Source of the DNA: Nitratidesulfovibrio vulgaris str. Hildenborough
GTDB taxonomy: Bacteria; Desulfobacterota; Desulfovibrionia; Desulfovibrionales; Desulfovibrionaceae
Assembly: GCF_000195755.1 (NCBI RefSeq)
Contig: NC_002937.3
Coordinates: forward strand, 930,001 to 962,000
DNA length: 32,000 nt
Reading direction: 5' to 3'
The notes beneath the pieces are model-generated. The model had not been told where the DNA came from and ran no database searches. It worked only from the letters and a program-made list of their open reading frames with translations. Every line of letters starts with the position of its first letter. Position 1 is the stretch's first letter. Shown piece by piece: positions 31,117 to 32,000 of the stretch. The position numbers and the translations under genes were made by a program.

Positions 31117-31923
31117 TCAGAAGAACGCCAGCACGCTGTCGGCGGCGGCGTAGACGGGCACCACGAAGAGAAGGCTGTCGATGCGGTCGAGCAGACCACC
31201 ATGACCGGGAAGCAACGTGCCCGAGTCCTTGACGCCGAGGGTGCGCTTGAGTGCCGATTCGAAGAAGTCGCCCAGCTGTGAGGCCGCGTTCAGCAAGACA
31301 CCCAGCATGGCGAACTGCCACCACGGTCGCACACCCCACCACAGGCCGAGGCCCACGCACATGGCGATGCACAGCACAAGGCCGCCTATGCTGCCAGCCC
31401 AGCTCTTCTTGGGGCTGACGCGGGGCCAGATGCGTGCTCTGCCGAGGTAGGTTCCGATGTAGTAGGCACCGGTGTCGGAGATGAAGGCGGCAAGGGCCAC
31501 CAGCAACTGGTCGCGTAACGAAAGATGCAGCACGGGCAGCAGCAGGAGGGGGACATACAGCAGGCCTGCGGCGAGAATCTGGCCGTCGGCGAAGCGGCTT
31601 TCATCGTCGCCACGTCCCCAGTCGCCGAGGAACTGCAACGCGCCAGCGAGAAAGGCTCCGGCAAGGCAGCCCACGATGAGCCATGGCTTGTCGAGGTGCC
31701 CTGCCACCAGCATGCCCGCGCCCAGCACGAGGCCTATGGCCTTCATGTGCAGTTTGTCATTGCATGGCCAGAACATGGTGTAGAATTCGAGCAGGGCGAG
31801 CGATGACGCCACAAGCGCAAGCAGGACGAGAACCCAGCCCCCGAGGGCGAGTCCGGCGGTGAGCAGCAGGGCGAGGGCCGCGCCCGTTACGAGGCGCTGC
31901 AGGTGTGAGGTGGCGAGGGTCAT
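31117..31923 (-). CDS. cdsA: Phosphatidate cytidylyltransferase (CDP-diacylglycerol synthase)
   Basis: 268 aa, polytopic. Signature SDTGAYYIGTYLGR..SPKKSWAGSIGG...GDFFESALKRTLGVKDSGTLLPGHGGLLDRIDSLLF. Confidence 0.9.
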   Translation of the reverse strand: MTLATSHLQRLVTGAALALLLTAGLALGGWVLVLLALVASSLALLEFYTMFWPCNDKLHMKAIGLVLGAGMLVAGHLDKPWLIVGCLAGAFLAGALQFLGDWGRGDDESRFADGQILAAGLLYVPLLLLPVLHLSLRDQLLVALAAFISDTGAYYIGTYLGRARIWPRVSPKKSWAGSIGGLVLCIAMCVGLGLWWGVRPWWQFAMLGVLLNAASQLGDFFESALKRTLGVKDSGTLLPGHGGLLDRIDSLLFVVPVYAAADSVLAFF

Positions 31924-32000
31924 TGTTCGATCTGCTCCTGAGTGCGTCCGAAGCGGCGGCTGCGTCCCGCATAGGTCTCGAGTGCCTTATGCAGTTCGGC
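31920..32000 (-). CDS. uppS: Undecaprenyl-diphosphate synthase, C-terminal 26 codons. The gene starts beyond the window end.
   Basis: Not in the ORF track because it is cut by the window edge. The reverse complement reads AELHKALETYAGRSRRFGRTQEQIEQ*, which includes the ..RRFG.. ending typical of UppS. An ATGA overlap with the cdsA start fits the conserved uppS-cdsA order. Confidence 0.55.
   Translation of the reverse strand, partial: AELHKALETYAGRSRRFGRTQEQIEQ

Noticed and set aside
1-32000. A search for CRISPR arrays, IS elements or transposases, integrases, phage genes, toxin-antitoxin pairs, defense-system hallmarks, rRNA and tRNA genes, and long direct or inverted repeats.
   Set aside because: - None was recognised by eye.
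- The repeats present are short hairpins and intragenic low-complexity repeats.
- Every large ORF has a housekeeping, metabolic or flagellar assignment or is a small hypothetical, so I make no mobile-element or defense-island call.

Overview
This is a high-GC window with strong GC3 bias. Its gene content and order match the Desulfovibrio (Nitratidesulfovibrio) vulgaris Hildenborough-type chromosome around the dissimilatory sulfate-reduction core; that attribution is from memory, not a search. No CRISPR array, rRNA, tRNA, IS element or integrase was recognised, so this looks like core chromosome rather than an accessory island.

Layout, left to right:
- **1-2302, minus strand:** a chorismate-mutase/EPSP-synthase-like fusion, an 85-aa coiled-coil ORF, and an aminotransferase that runs off the window edge.
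- **2303-3075:** an unusually long gene-free stretch of about 770 bp that also holds the putative aprBA promoter and leader.
- **3076-11286, plus strand:** aprB-aprA, a strong terminator, then qmoA-qmoB-qmoC and a conserved uncharacterised coiled-coil gene.
- **11500-13624:** an orphan family-3 solute-binding protein, convergent with an orphan RtcB RNA ligase.
- **13625-14037:** 413 bp with no assigned feature other than a possible ahbA terminator hairpin.
- **14038-17942, minus strand:** the alternative heme (siroheme-dependent) operon ahbC-hemB-ahbD-ahbA.
- **18258-26411, minus strand:** fliD-fliS, two glycosyltransferases, a zinc-ribbon/Yip1 membrane protein, a small helical protein and a lipoprotein.
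- **26549-32000, minus strand:** a tightly overlapping envelope/isoprenoid operon, uppS-cdsA-(PLP decarboxylase)-dxr-rseP-tsaB.

I see no obvious novel multi-gene system. The items most worth a second look:
- the uncharacterised fourth gene of the qmo operon
- the chorismate-mutase fusion to a catalytically degenerate EPSPS-like domain
- a PLP decarboxylase inserted between cdsA and dxr
- His/Pro/Gly repeats on AhbD
- a roughly 170-aa Pro/Ala-rich tail on FliS
- the orphan RtcB with its 413-bp unassigned upstream region
- several structured leader and intercistronic RNA elements
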